Source: Gemmata obscuriglobus (GTDB lineage Bacteria; Planctomycetota; Planctomycetia; Gemmatales; Gemmataceae). From it: 32,000 bases of DNA. Where the stretch lies: positions 2,820,001 through 2,852,000 of the forward strand of contig NZ_CP042911.1 in assembly GCF_008065095.1 (NCBI RefSeq), in the 5' to 3' direction. Shown piece by piece: positions 1 to 7,964 of the stretch. Each line of letters opens with the position of its first letter. Position 1 is the first letter of the stretch. Made by a program: the position numbers and the translations under genes. Under the pieces are notes generated by a model. It did no database searches. It was given only the letters and a program-made list of their open reading frames with translations, and was not told where the DNA came from.

Positions 1-839
1 CCGGGAACATCAACAAGGCCGGCGACACCACCCACGACCGGTTCCGGCAGATCGTGCGCAAGGCCAAGCAGAAGGGCATCCCGATGCGGATCGGGGTGAA
101 CGCCGGGAGCCTGGAAACCGAGGTGAACCTGAAGTACGGGTTCCCGTGCCCGCCGGCGATGGTCGAGAGCGCGCTCCGCTACATCGAGGTGGCCGAGAGC
201 GAGGGGTACCACGACATCATCGTGTCGCTGAAGTCGAGCGACGTGCTGGTCGCGGTCGAGGCGTACCGGCTGTTCGCGCAGATGTGCGACTACCCCACGC
301 ACATCGGCATCACGGAAGCCGGCAAGCCGCCGTACGCGGTGACCAAGAGCGCCGCGGGGCTCGCGCCGATCCTGCTCGACGGCATCGGCGACACGATTCG
401 CATTTCGCTGCTGGGCGACCCGGTGCCGGAGATCGCGGCGGCGTTCGACATCCTCCAGGCCACCCAGCGGCGGGTGCGCCGGCCCGAGCTGATCGCGTGC
501 CCGACCTGCGGCCGGCTGGCGATCGACCTGGAAGACATCATCGCGAAGCTCGAGGCCCGGCTGAACGGGAAGCGGCTGCCGGTGAAGATCAGCGTGCTGG
601 GGTGCATCGTGAACGGCCCGGGCGAGGCGCGCGAGGCGGACATCGGCATCGCCGCCGGCAACGGGCAGGGGATGATCTTCCGCAACGGCGAGATGGTGCG
701 CCGGGTGCCCGAGGCCGAGATCGTGGACGCACTTATGGAAGAACTCGCACGCTGGGAGAGCGAGAACCAGCACCGCATTCCCAAAACGACCGACGCCGAG
801 GGCCTGGGGCGGCGCAAGCTGCCGGTTGTGGCGAGCTGA
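1..839 (+). CDS. ispG: 4-hydroxy-3-methylbut-2-enyl diphosphate synthase IspG/GcpE, 5' end cut by window edge
   Basis: Frame 3 is open from the window edge (GNINKAGDTTHDRF..., the tail of the RINPGNI motif). The translation contains ITEAG, ACPTCGR and GCIVNGPGE blocks typical of the IspG Fe-S enzyme. Confidence 0.9.
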   Translation, partial: GNINKAGDTTHDRFRQIVRKAKQKGIPMRIGVNAGSLETEVNLKYGFPCPPAMVESALRYIEVAESEGYHDIIVSLKSSDVLVAVEAYRLFAQMCDYPTHIGITEAGKPPYAVTKSAAGLAPILLDGIGDTIRISLLGDPVPEIAAAFDILQATQRRVRRPELIACPTCGRLAIDLEDIIAKLEARLNGKRLPVKISVLGCIVNGPGEAREADIGIAAGNGQGMIFRNGEMVRRVPEAEIVDALMEELARWESENQHRIPKTTDAEGLGRRKLPVVAS

Positions 840-1021
840 TCTGCGGCCCGGTCGGTCGCTGCTTTGGGCTTGTGACCCGATGCGCGTCGGTGTTGTGGCC
901 GGCGCCGCAGCGCGGGCTTCTGGCTCGCCTGCTGTTGGCGGTTTGGTCCGGCTCCGCGGAGGTGTCAGGCTCACTCCCGGCGCGTATCAGCGAGCCAGCG
1001 GTAGCGTGAAGGGCGCGGCCC

Positions 1022-1027
1022 TATAAT
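1022..1027 (+). promoter_or_regulatory. candidate -10 hexamer upstream of response regulator 1
   Basis: Perfect TATAAT in a GC-rich context, about 30 nt upstream of ATG 1060. No convincing -35 element. Confidence 0.25.
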
Positions 1028-1059
1028 GCGCGTCAGCCCGCACCCGCGTGAGGCGCCGC

Positions 1060-1746
1060 ATGAGCCTGAAACTTCTGGTCGTCGAGGACCAGGCCGACTT
1101 TGCGGATTTCGTGGTTCGCGGGCTCCGGGAAGAGGGGTTTACGGTCGAGAGCGCCGCGGACGCACGCGCCGCCTGGCACGCGCTCGCGACCGCCGACTGG
1201 GACGTGGTGCTGCTCGACCGTGGTCTGCCGGGCGAGGACGGCTTGTCTCTTCTGAAGCGGCTCCGCGCGGCGGGACGCTTTACCCCGGTCCTGATGCTCA
1301 CCGCCCGGGACGCCGTGCCCGACCGGGTCGCCGGGCTCGACGCCGGCGCCGACGACTACCTCACCAAGCCGTTCGCGTTCGACGAACTCCTGGCCCGCGT
1401 CCGCGCGCTCGCACGGAGACCGGCCGCGGTCACCGGCACGACCCTGTCCCACGCCGACGTTCGAGTCGATCTCGCTACCCAGCGCGCCGAGCGGGCCGGG
1501 CACAAGCTCGACCTGACCGCCAAGGAGTACGCGCTGCTGGTGCTGTTCCTGCGGCACCCCGGCCAGGTGCTCACCCGCACCCGCATCTACGAACACGTTT
1601 GGGACGAGCGGTACGACGGCACCTCCAACACGCTCGAGGTTCACGTCAAGGACCTCCGCCGGAAGCTGGAGGGGCACGGCCCCCGGCTGATTCACACGCT
1701 CCGCAACCGCGGGTACCGGTTCTCCACCGACGGGGACGCGCCGTGA
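1060..1746 (+). CDS. OmpR-family response regulator (REC + winged-helix)
   Basis: MSLKLLVVEDQ..., acceptor context VVLLDRGLPGEDG, DDYLTKPF, and C-terminal LTAKEYALLVLFLRHPGQVLTR...GYRF. ATG 1060 preferred over GTG 1048. Confidence 0.9.
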   Translation: MSLKLLVVEDQADFADFVVRGLREEGFTVESAADARAAWHALATADWDVVLLDRGLPGEDGLSLLKRLRAAGRFTPVLMLTARDAVPDRVAGLDAGADDYLTKPFAFDELLARVRALARRPAAVTGTTLSHADVRVDLATQRAERAGHKLDLTAKEYALLVLFLRHPGQVLTRTRIYEHVWDERYDGTSNTLEVHVKDLRRKLEGHGPRLIHTLRNRGYRFSTDGDAP

Positions 1747-3191
1747 GCCTCACCACCCGGCTGCTCCTCTTCTCGCAGGCGGCGCTCGCGGCCGTCCTCC
1801 TGGTCTTCTGCTCGGCGCTCTACGCCGTCGCGCACGGGTACGTGCACCACGCGGCCGTAGCGTCCGCGGACCGGTCGGCGGCCACTCTGGTGGCGTCCGT
1901 GGACATCGAAGCGGACGCGGTCGAATGGGAGCCGTCCGACCGCGACGTGTCCCTCGGCCCGGGGCCGCTCGGCGGTACGGTTTACTGGTACGTCACCGAC
2001 GCCCGCGGGGCGCCCGTCGATCGGAGCCCGGCGCCCGGTACCGCTGAACTGATTGCGGCATCCGGACCGGGAACGGACGAGCCCTTCGCCGAGGGGTGGG
2101 TGCTGTCGCGCAGGCTTGTTCACCCGCCGGGCGCGGCGGGCCGGCTCCTCACGCGCGACCGGACGAAGGAAGAAACCGAGAAGGGCGAGTACCCGGCCCT
2201 GGTGTTCACGGCCGGGGTGCGGACCGGGCCGCTGCACGCCGCGCTCAACGCGCTGGCGGCCGGGCTCGCCGTCGTGTCTCTGGCGGTGTGGCTCGGCGCG
2301 TGGGCGGCCGGGCGGTGGGTCTGTCGGAGGGCGCTGCGCCCCCTCACCGAGATGGCCGGGGCCGCGCGGGCGATGCGCGCCGAGGACACCGGCGCGCGGC
2401 TCCCGCCGCCGGGCGCGAAGGGCGAACTGGAGGAGCTGCACGCGGCCATGAGCGACCTGCTCGGCCGCCTGCGCTCGGCCCTGGAGCGCGAGCGCCGGTT
2501 CACGGCCGAAGCCTCCCACCAGCTCCGCACCCCGCTCGGGACCATTCTCGGACAGGTCGAAGTCGCCCTCCGGCGTCCGCGGCCGCCGGAGGAGTACGAG
2601 CGCGTGCTGGACGTGATCCGGCGCCAGGCCGCCGAACTGACCCGAAGCGTCGACGCGCTCCTGTTCCTCGCCCGATCCGACGCGGACGCCCCGCCGCCCC
2701 GGACCGAACCCGTTGACCTCCGCCAGTGGGTGCCCGAGTTCCTCGCCAGCCTCACGTCCCGGGCGCGGCACGGGGACATCTCCTTCGAGCCCGAACCGCG
2801 AGCCGCGCTTCGCGTGGCCGCGCACCCCCCGCTGCTGCGCGAGCTGGTCGGGAACCTGATCGATAACGCGCTCAAGTACAGCCCGCCGGGCACGCCCGTC
2901 GTCGTTCGCGCGTTTGCCGAGGGCGCGAGCACCGTGATCGCCGTCGAGGACCGCGGGCCGGGAATCGATGCGGCGGACCTGCCGCACGTGTTCGAGCCGT
3001 TCTTCCGCTCCGGGCGTGCGACCGCGCTCCCCGGTTCGGGGCTCGGGCTGGCCGTGGTGGCCCGCCTCGCGGGGGCGTTCGGGGGCCGGGTGGTGGCCGA
3101 GAACCGACCGGACGGCGGCGCCCGGTTCCGGGTCGCCCTGCCCGCGTTGGCAGATGAAGAGAACTTTATCCGCACTTCACGGGCACATTAG
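1743..3191 (+). CDS. sensor histidine kinase (two TM segments, HAMP, HisKA, HATPase)
   Basis: GTG 1743 overlaps the regulator stop (GTGA). N-terminal TM SLTTRLLLFSQAALAAVLLVF, H-box EASHQLRTPL, N-box LIDNALKYS, G-boxes DRGPGI and GSGLGLAVV. The upstream part of the 721-aa ORF is Arg-rich and overlaps the regulator in another frame. Confidence 0.88.
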   Translation: MSLTTRLLLFSQAALAAVLLVFCSALYAVAHGYVHHAAVASADRSAATLVASVDIEADAVEWEPSDRDVSLGPGPLGGTVYWYVTDARGAPVDRSPAPGTAELIAASGPGTDEPFAEGWVLSRRLVHPPGAAGRLLTRDRTKEETEKGEYPALVFTAGVRTGPLHAALNALAAGLAVVSLAVWLGAWAAGRWVCRRALRPLTEMAGAARAMRAEDTGARLPPPGAKGELEELHAAMSDLLGRLRSALERERRFTAEASHQLRTPLGTILGQVEVALRRPRPPEEYERVLDVIRRQAAELTRSVDALLFLARSDADAPPPRTEPVDLRQWVPEFLASLTSRARHGDISFEPEPRAALRVAAHPPLLRELVGNLIDNALKYSPPGTPVVVRAFAEGASTVIAVEDRGPGIDAADLPHVFEPFFRSGRATALPGSGLGLAVVARLAGAFGGRVVAENRPDGGARFRVALPALADEENFIRTSRAH

Positions 3192-3268
3192 TTCGCGGCG
3201 TTACCCTGCACCTTGAAGGTCGGCTGACGGTCGTACACGGCGACCCCGCCGGCCGCAGGAGAACAGCC

Positions 3269-3634
3269 ATGACACGCCACCCCGAACGATACATCGGATT
3301 CGGTTTCCTGCTCCTCGTTTGTTCGGTGGTCGCGCCCCCCGTGGCGGATCACGTTCGGACCCGGCTTCAGCTCCCGAGCGGGTACGGGGCGGAAGGCGAC
3401 CGGCAGCGGGCCGCCCGCATCCCCGCCCTTGTCCGCCCCGCCGTGGAGGCGCTGGCGGCAGGCGCCGAGGGGAACTGGCTCCGGGAGCGCGTCGAGGGCG
3501 GGGTGTGGGTCTACGACCTTCACGTGCTCAAAGGCGGGCGGGAGTCCGTCATCCACCTCGACTCCGGTGGTAACGTGATCGCGCCAGCGGTCGCGGAACC
3601 GGAACCGGAGGTGCCGGCGGAGGCGGGCGAGTGA
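3269..3634 (+). CDS. small exported protein, tentatively PepSY-like
   Basis: N-terminal hydrophobic segment IGFGFLLLVCSVVAPPVA. C-terminal VWVYDLHVLKGGRESVIHLDSGGNVI resembles a PepSY beta-hairpin. Same strand, directly after the kinase. Confidence 0.5.
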   Translation: MTRHPERYIGFGFLLLVCSVVAPPVADHVRTRLQLPSGYGAEGDRQRAARIPALVRPAVEALAAGAEGNWLRERVEGGVWVYDLHVLKGGRESVIHLDSGGNVIAPAVAEPEPEVPAEAGE

Positions 3635-3894
3635 ACCGGTTCGCCCTTCGGGCTATTGGGCCATCACGCGCCGCACAGGTCGGAACGTCGGCGCCACAAA
3701 CACCCAGACCAAAAACGGACACCGGTAACCGGAACGTGAATGAATAACACAGCGGCGCCCATCGAGTGGCTCCGGGACGAGCGCCGCCATGAACTGGAAA
3801 TGAGAGCGCCACTCGCCGGGCGCAACACCTCAACTGCACACCGTTCTTCTCGCACAAGGGCCGACAGAAGCCGACCCGCAACGAGGAGAGAGCC

Positions 3895-4152
3895 ATGATC
3901 CGCAAGCTGATCCTGTCCGCCGTGCTCGCCGCCGGGGCTACCGCCGGCGTGGCTTCGACCGCGAACGCCGCTCCTGACGTGTTCGATCGTCACGACCGCC
4001 GCGACGTGCGGTTCGAGGTGAAAGTGCGGCACCACGGGCACTGGGACACTTACGGCACCTACCGGGACCGGGACGACGCCCAGCGCGTCGTTCGGATGCT
4101 GGAACGCCGGGGCCAGGACGCCCGGATCGAGGTGGAACGCAGCCGCTGGTGA
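3895..4152 (+). CDS. small secreted protein rich in His, Arg and Asp; hypothetical
   Basis: GAGGAGAGAG Shine-Dalgarno-like run just upstream of the ATG. Clear signal peptide MIRKLILSAVLAAGATAGVASTANA. Mature part contains RHHGHW. Confidence 0.6.
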   Translation: MIRKLILSAVLAAGATAGVASTANAAPDVFDRHDRRDVRFEVKVRHHGHWDTYGTYRDRDDAQRVVRMLERRGQDARIEVERSRW

Positions 4153-4158
4153 GCGCGC

Positions 4159-4206
4159 AAAAACCGGTCGGCACCCGCGGGAGCTGGTCCCACGGATGCC
4201 GACCGG
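4159..4206 (-). terminator. intrinsic terminator for the DUF1328 gene, between convergent genes
   Basis: ccggtcggca (4164-4173) pairs perfectly with tgccgaccgg (4197-4206). A5 at 4159-4163 gives a U5 tail on the minus strand. Confidence 0.6.
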
Positions 4207-4229
4207 CGCTGTAACCGAACGTCGGCGCG

Positions 4230-4400
4230 TCACGACACCGGCGGACCCTTACGACCGAACAGCATCGACACCACAGCCAGGATCAGGAACACCACGAGCA
4301 GGATCTTTCCGATCCACGCGGCATCGCCCGCGATTCCACCGAACCCGAACAGGGCGGCGATCAGCGCGATGATGAAGAACAGGATAGCCCAGCGAACCAT
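4230..4400 (-). CDS. UPF0391/DUF1328 small membrane protein (YtjA-like)
   Basis: [51 protein letters not shown] matches the family signature. Internal ATG at 4398-4400 chosen over the longer ORF. Confidence 0.85.
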   Translation of the reverse strand: MVRWAILFFIIALIAALFGFGGIAGDAAWIGKILLVVFLILAVVSMLFGRKGPPVS

Positions 4401-4499
4401 GACGGCCTCGAACGTGATAAGAGTGTAACTGACCTCGGTCAGCGAGCCTCTATGCACTTCCGGGGCCACTCGTTGCCACGGCTCATTTTGTTGGGATCA

Positions 4500-4682
4500 T
4501 CACGCGCGCTCGCGCATCACGCTGCTTGCCGCCACGCCCCGCATTGCCTCCATGTAAGCCGGTCCGTTCACACTGCGACGGCCGCAGAGCCCTACGAACG
4601 GCACATTCCGCGCTATCGCGTGTTGGTGGAGGAGGCAGAACGGCCGATCGGTGAGCTGATGCCGCTTCTTGGGTCGCGTCAT
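4500..4682 (-). CDS. possible 60-aa ORF translationally coupled to the VOC gene
   Basis: ATG 4680-4682 overlaps the VOC stop TGA 4679-4681 (ATGA). 47 of 60 codons end in G or C by my count. No recognisable family. Confidence 0.25.
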   Translation of the reverse strand: MTRPKKRHQLTDRPFCLLHQHAIARNVPFVGLCGRRSVNGPAYMEAMRGVAASSVMRERA

Positions 4683-5044
4683 TTCGGCTCCCACAACTCG
4701 AAGCGGTTCCCTTCCGGGTCCGTTGCCCAGCCGAAGCGTCCGTAGTCGTAGTCCTCGACCTTCTCTTCGACCTTCACGCCGGCGGCGCGGAGTTGCGTCA
4801 GCATGGCGTCGAGGTTCTTCACGCGGTAGTTCACCATGAACGTCGCCGCACCGGGGCCGAAATATTGCGTGTCGGCGGGGTGGACGGCCCAGACGGTCAT
4901 CTCGCCCGGTCCGGTCGAGGTCAGCGCCCCGAACGTTTGGTCCGCGTCGACCGGGAGCCCGAGATGTTCCCGGTACCAGGCCGCGAGGGCCTTCGGATCG
5001 CGGGCCTTCAAGAACACCCCGCCGATACCCTGCACCTTCTCCAT
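4679..5044 (-). CDS. VOC / glyoxalase-bleomycin resistance family protein
   Basis: MEKVQGIGGVFLKARDPKALAAWYREHLGL... and ...YGRFGWATDPEGNRFELWEP are typical VOC-fold blocks. Confidence 0.88.
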   Translation of the reverse strand: MEKVQGIGGVFLKARDPKALAAWYREHLGLPVDADQTFGALTSTGPGEMTVWAVHPADTQYFGPGAATFMVNYRVKNLDAMLTQLRAAGVKVEEKVEDYDYGRFGWATDPEGNRFELWEPK

Positions 5045-5215
5045 GACGATCTTCTCCGGGATGGTTGTTCGCCGAGTGCGGCTTGCGGAGAGCCTGGGGA
5101 GGGCAAGCAGAACGGCTCGGCGCGTCGAGGTCAGGAGGCGCGAGCCGCCGCGTCCCCGAGCGCGGTTTCCGTAAACTGCCTCAACGCAAAGTGGAACCGA
5201 GGGGGCCGTTGAACT

Positions 5216-6040
5216 GTGAACCCGTGGGTCGCCGGTTTAGTTCTCTTTTCGGCCTTCTTGCACGCGTCGTGGAACGCCCTGCTGAAAGGGCGGGGCGATC
5301 GGATGCGCTCGATCACGGTGATGGCCGCGACGGCGGGGTTGGCGTCCGCGGTGTGGGCCGCCTTCCTGCCGCTCCCGCACACGGCGAGCTGGGGCCACAT
5401 GTTCCTTTCGGTCGTTCTCCACGTCACCTACAACTTCCTGCTGGTGCTGGCGTACCGGCACGGCGATCTGGGCGTTTCGTACCCGGTCGCCCGCGGCTCC
5501 TCGCCGATGCTGGTGGCCGCCGGCGCGGCGGTCGTGGCGGGTGAACAACTCGACGCCTTCACGCTCCTCGGCATCGCTCTGGTTTGCGGGGGGATTCTCG
5601 GGCTGGCACGTGAGGGACGAGAGGGCGGGTTCACCCGTGGCATCGTCCCCGCCGCCCTGGCGGGAGCGACGATCGCGGCGTACACGGTTATTGACGGCCT
5701 CGGGAGCCGGGCGTCGGGTAACGCCTGGTCTTATGCGGCATGGCTGTTCATCTTCAACGGTTTGGCCATGCTGCCGGTCTGGGCGCGTGGACCCGTTCGG
5801 CTCGATTCCGGCTCGATGCGCTCGGCGGCGGGCGGGGTGGTGTCGCTGGCGGCCTACGCCATCGTCATCTGGGCGGCGAGCATCAGTCCGATGGGGCAGG
5901 TTTCGGCGCTGCGGGAGTCGAGCGTCGTGGTCGCGGCCGTCCTGGGTTGGCTCTTCCTCGGCGAACAGCTCGGTTCGAGGCGGCTGGTCGCGTGCCTGAT
6001 TGTGGCCGCGGGCGCCGGGTGCCTCGGGTTGCGAGGGTAG
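5216..6040 (+). CDS. EamA/DMT-superfamily transporter
   Basis: About ten hydrophobic segments. Contains HASWNALLKG, YPVARGSSPMLVA and ISALRESSVVVAAVLGWLFLGE motifs. GTG start at 5216. Confidence 0.85.
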   Translation: MNPWVAGLVLFSAFLHASWNALLKGRGDRMRSITVMAATAGLASAVWAAFLPLPHTASWGHMFLSVVLHVTYNFLLVLAYRHGDLGVSYPVARGSSPMLVAAGAAVVAGEQLDAFTLLGIALVCGGILGLAREGREGGFTRGIVPAALAGATIAAYTVIDGLGSRASGNAWSYAAWLFIFNGLAMLPVWARGPVRLDSGSMRSAAGGVVSLAAYAIVIWAASISPMGQVSALRESSVVVAAVLGWLFLGEQLGSRRLVACLIVAAGAGCLGLRG

Positions 6041-6384
6041 CGGTTGTGCCGCGGGTAGTGGCACACTTCCGAGAGCGCGGACGGCACGCCGTTTCGTGGT
6101 GCGGACATCCACGCCGAGCGTTGCCACCTCGGAGCAGCGGACGAGGTGTCCGCGGTTCCAGAGGAACACCGCCCATCGCACTTTTGACCTGTCACATCGG
6201 CCCAGCTTGAAACAACGAGATTCGCTACGGTACGTCGTTCGGCGGGCCGGTCGCCGTTTAGTATCAGAGGCGACGCATCGCCGTTCTGGGCGGTGCCATC
6301 TGTGAGTTAGGGGCGGCGTGGGGGCACCGCGCTTCCGCCCCGTGTTCCGTCCGGCGCTCCCTTTCGGGACACACAAGGCAAATG

Positions 6385-6435
6385 GAGCACGTTCAAAGGC
6401 AACGGATCAGCACTTTTTTGCCTTTTAACGTGCTC
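6385..6435. repeat. imperfect inverted repeat / hairpin in an AT-rich non-coding island
   Basis: gagcacgttcaaaggcaa versus the reverse complement of ttgccttttaacgtgctc matches at 17 of 18 positions. Loop is about 15 nt. Confidence 0.5.
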
Positions 6436-7159
6436 GCCAGCTCAGTGCTTGAAAGGCTGCGCGGGTAACGCCCAATGGGGCATCGACTGGACATTCGCTG
6501 CCGTCCGACAGGTCACGAACTACCAACGAACTGGTACCGGGCTACCCACGAATCGCTCACCCTGGCCCGCGCGGACGCTTTCGATGGCAACCGAAACGTG
6601 TCTTGGAGATACATGAGCAATGCGTCGTAACGTTTTGCTATCATGGTGTTTGTGTTAATAGGTCTGGGGCGGGGTATTTGCCTCTCGCCCGAGTTACAGA
6701 CGGCGGGCACGCGGTTCAGAATGATCGCCGTGGTAGTTCGGACCTCCGGTATCACTGACACTGGGGCTGAGGACGCGAAGGAAGACGAATTGCAATCGTT
6801 TGACTGGTTGGCGGGATCGTAATTCCTCGCGACGGATTGTCGATCGGATTTGTGTGATTGGATGAGTAATGCGGATTAGCTGGCTTTTCGGTTGCGTGGC
6901 GTTTTGATCGATTCGCGCGGGGCGATTGCCGGGCGCCCGCCGCCGGCGCGAGGCCGTCCGATCCTCAACCCGTTCACGGATTTGCGGACCGTTGAAAACC
7001 GCTCCGGCGGGCGTGTTCTGAGCGGCGGGGCCGGTTTCTCATCAGGTTTTCGGGGGTGAGGTCGAACCGGGTTTCGCGTTTCGTTTCTCATACCCAACTC
7101 ATTGCGACCGGGTAAACTCAGATATCCGGGTGGGTTGCTCCGGACCGCGAGGGCGAATC

Positions 7160-7858
7160 GTGCGTGTGCTGCTCGTTGAAGACCACCAGCCGCTTGCCAA
7201 GGCGCTGCGCCAGGGCATGGAGGAAGAGGGGTTCGCCGTTGATGTCGCGACCGACGGCGAGGAGGCGGACGTCAAGTGCCGCAGCACCGCGTACGACGTG
7301 GTCGTGCTCGACGTGATGCTCCCCAAGGTGGACGGCCTGTCGCTGCTCAAGCGGTGGCGCGCGTCCGGGGTCAACACCCACGTGCTGATGCTGACCGCGA
7401 AGTCCGAGACGGCCGACAAGGTGACCGGCCTCGACACCGGCGCCGACGACTACCTGAGCAAAGCGAACCTGGACCTGGAGGAGCTGTTCGCTCGCATCCG
7501 GGCGCTGATCCGCCGCGGGCACCAGCAGAAGGACCCCGTCCTGCGGTGCTACGACCTCGAGATCGACACCGCGGCGCGCACCGTGCGCCGGGCCGGGCGC
7601 TCGATCCACCTCACGCCGCGCGAGTACGCGCTGCTGGAGTTCCTGGCGTTCCACCGCGGCAAGGTGGTGACCCGGAGCATGATCTGGGAGCACCTGTACG
7701 ACGAGTACGACGAGAACACGTCGAACGTCGTGGACGTGTACATTCGCTACCTGCGCAACAAGGTGGACAAGGAGTTCGATCCGCAACTGATCCTCACCCG
7801 CTGGGGCGAGGGGTACATGCTCCGCGGGGAGGACGACCCGCCGGCGGCGGCGAAGTAA
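7160..7858 (+). CDS. OmpR-family response regulator
   Basis: GTG 7160 gives MRVLLVEDHQ with GAGGG 7 nt upstream (GTG 7130 is an alternative). Contains VVVLDVMLPKVDG and LTPREYALLEFLAFHRGKVVTR...GEGYML. Confidence 0.9.
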   Translation: MRVLLVEDHQPLAKALRQGMEEEGFAVDVATDGEEADVKCRSTAYDVVVLDVMLPKVDGLSLLKRWRASGVNTHVLMLTAKSETADKVTGLDTGADDYLSKANLDLEELFARIRALIRRGHQQKDPVLRCYDLEIDTAARTVRRAGRSIHLTPREYALLEFLAFHRGKVVTRSMIWEHLYDEYDENTSNVVDVYIRYLRNKVDKEFDPQLILTRWGEGYMLRGEDDPPAAAK

Positions 7859-7964
7859 CAGGCAACAGGGAAGGGCGCAACCGCGGGCGGCGGGCCGTCG
7901 CCGCCCCGGACCGATCGCGGGCGCCTTCCCGTGCCTTCCCCTTTTACCTTTCGACCCGACTCCC

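Noticed and set aside
1026-1742. N-terminal 239 residues of the 721-aa ORF (1026-3191), which would make one giant kinase.
   Set aside because: This part overlaps the response regulator in another frame and is Arg/Pro-rich nonsense. The kinase TM segment starts at GTG 1743, which overlaps the regulator stop.
6513-6761. 82-aa minus-strand ORF inside the AT-rich island.
   Set aside because: Its composition is unlike the rest of the proteome, there is no start context and no motif. It is probably a chance ORF in the AT-richer DNA.
6763-6800. ggggctgagg... resembles the 5' end of a tmRNA.
   Set aside because: No tag reading frame, no T-arm (GGTTCGAnnCC) and no 3' CCA-proximal acceptor complement nearby. 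The similarity is limited to about 8 nt.
7130-7159. Alternative GTG start at 7130 for response regulator 2.
   Set aside because: It would add MGCSGPRGRI ahead of the canonical MRVLLVEDH receiver start. GTG 7160 has a GAGGG site at appropriate spacing. The 7130 start remains possible.
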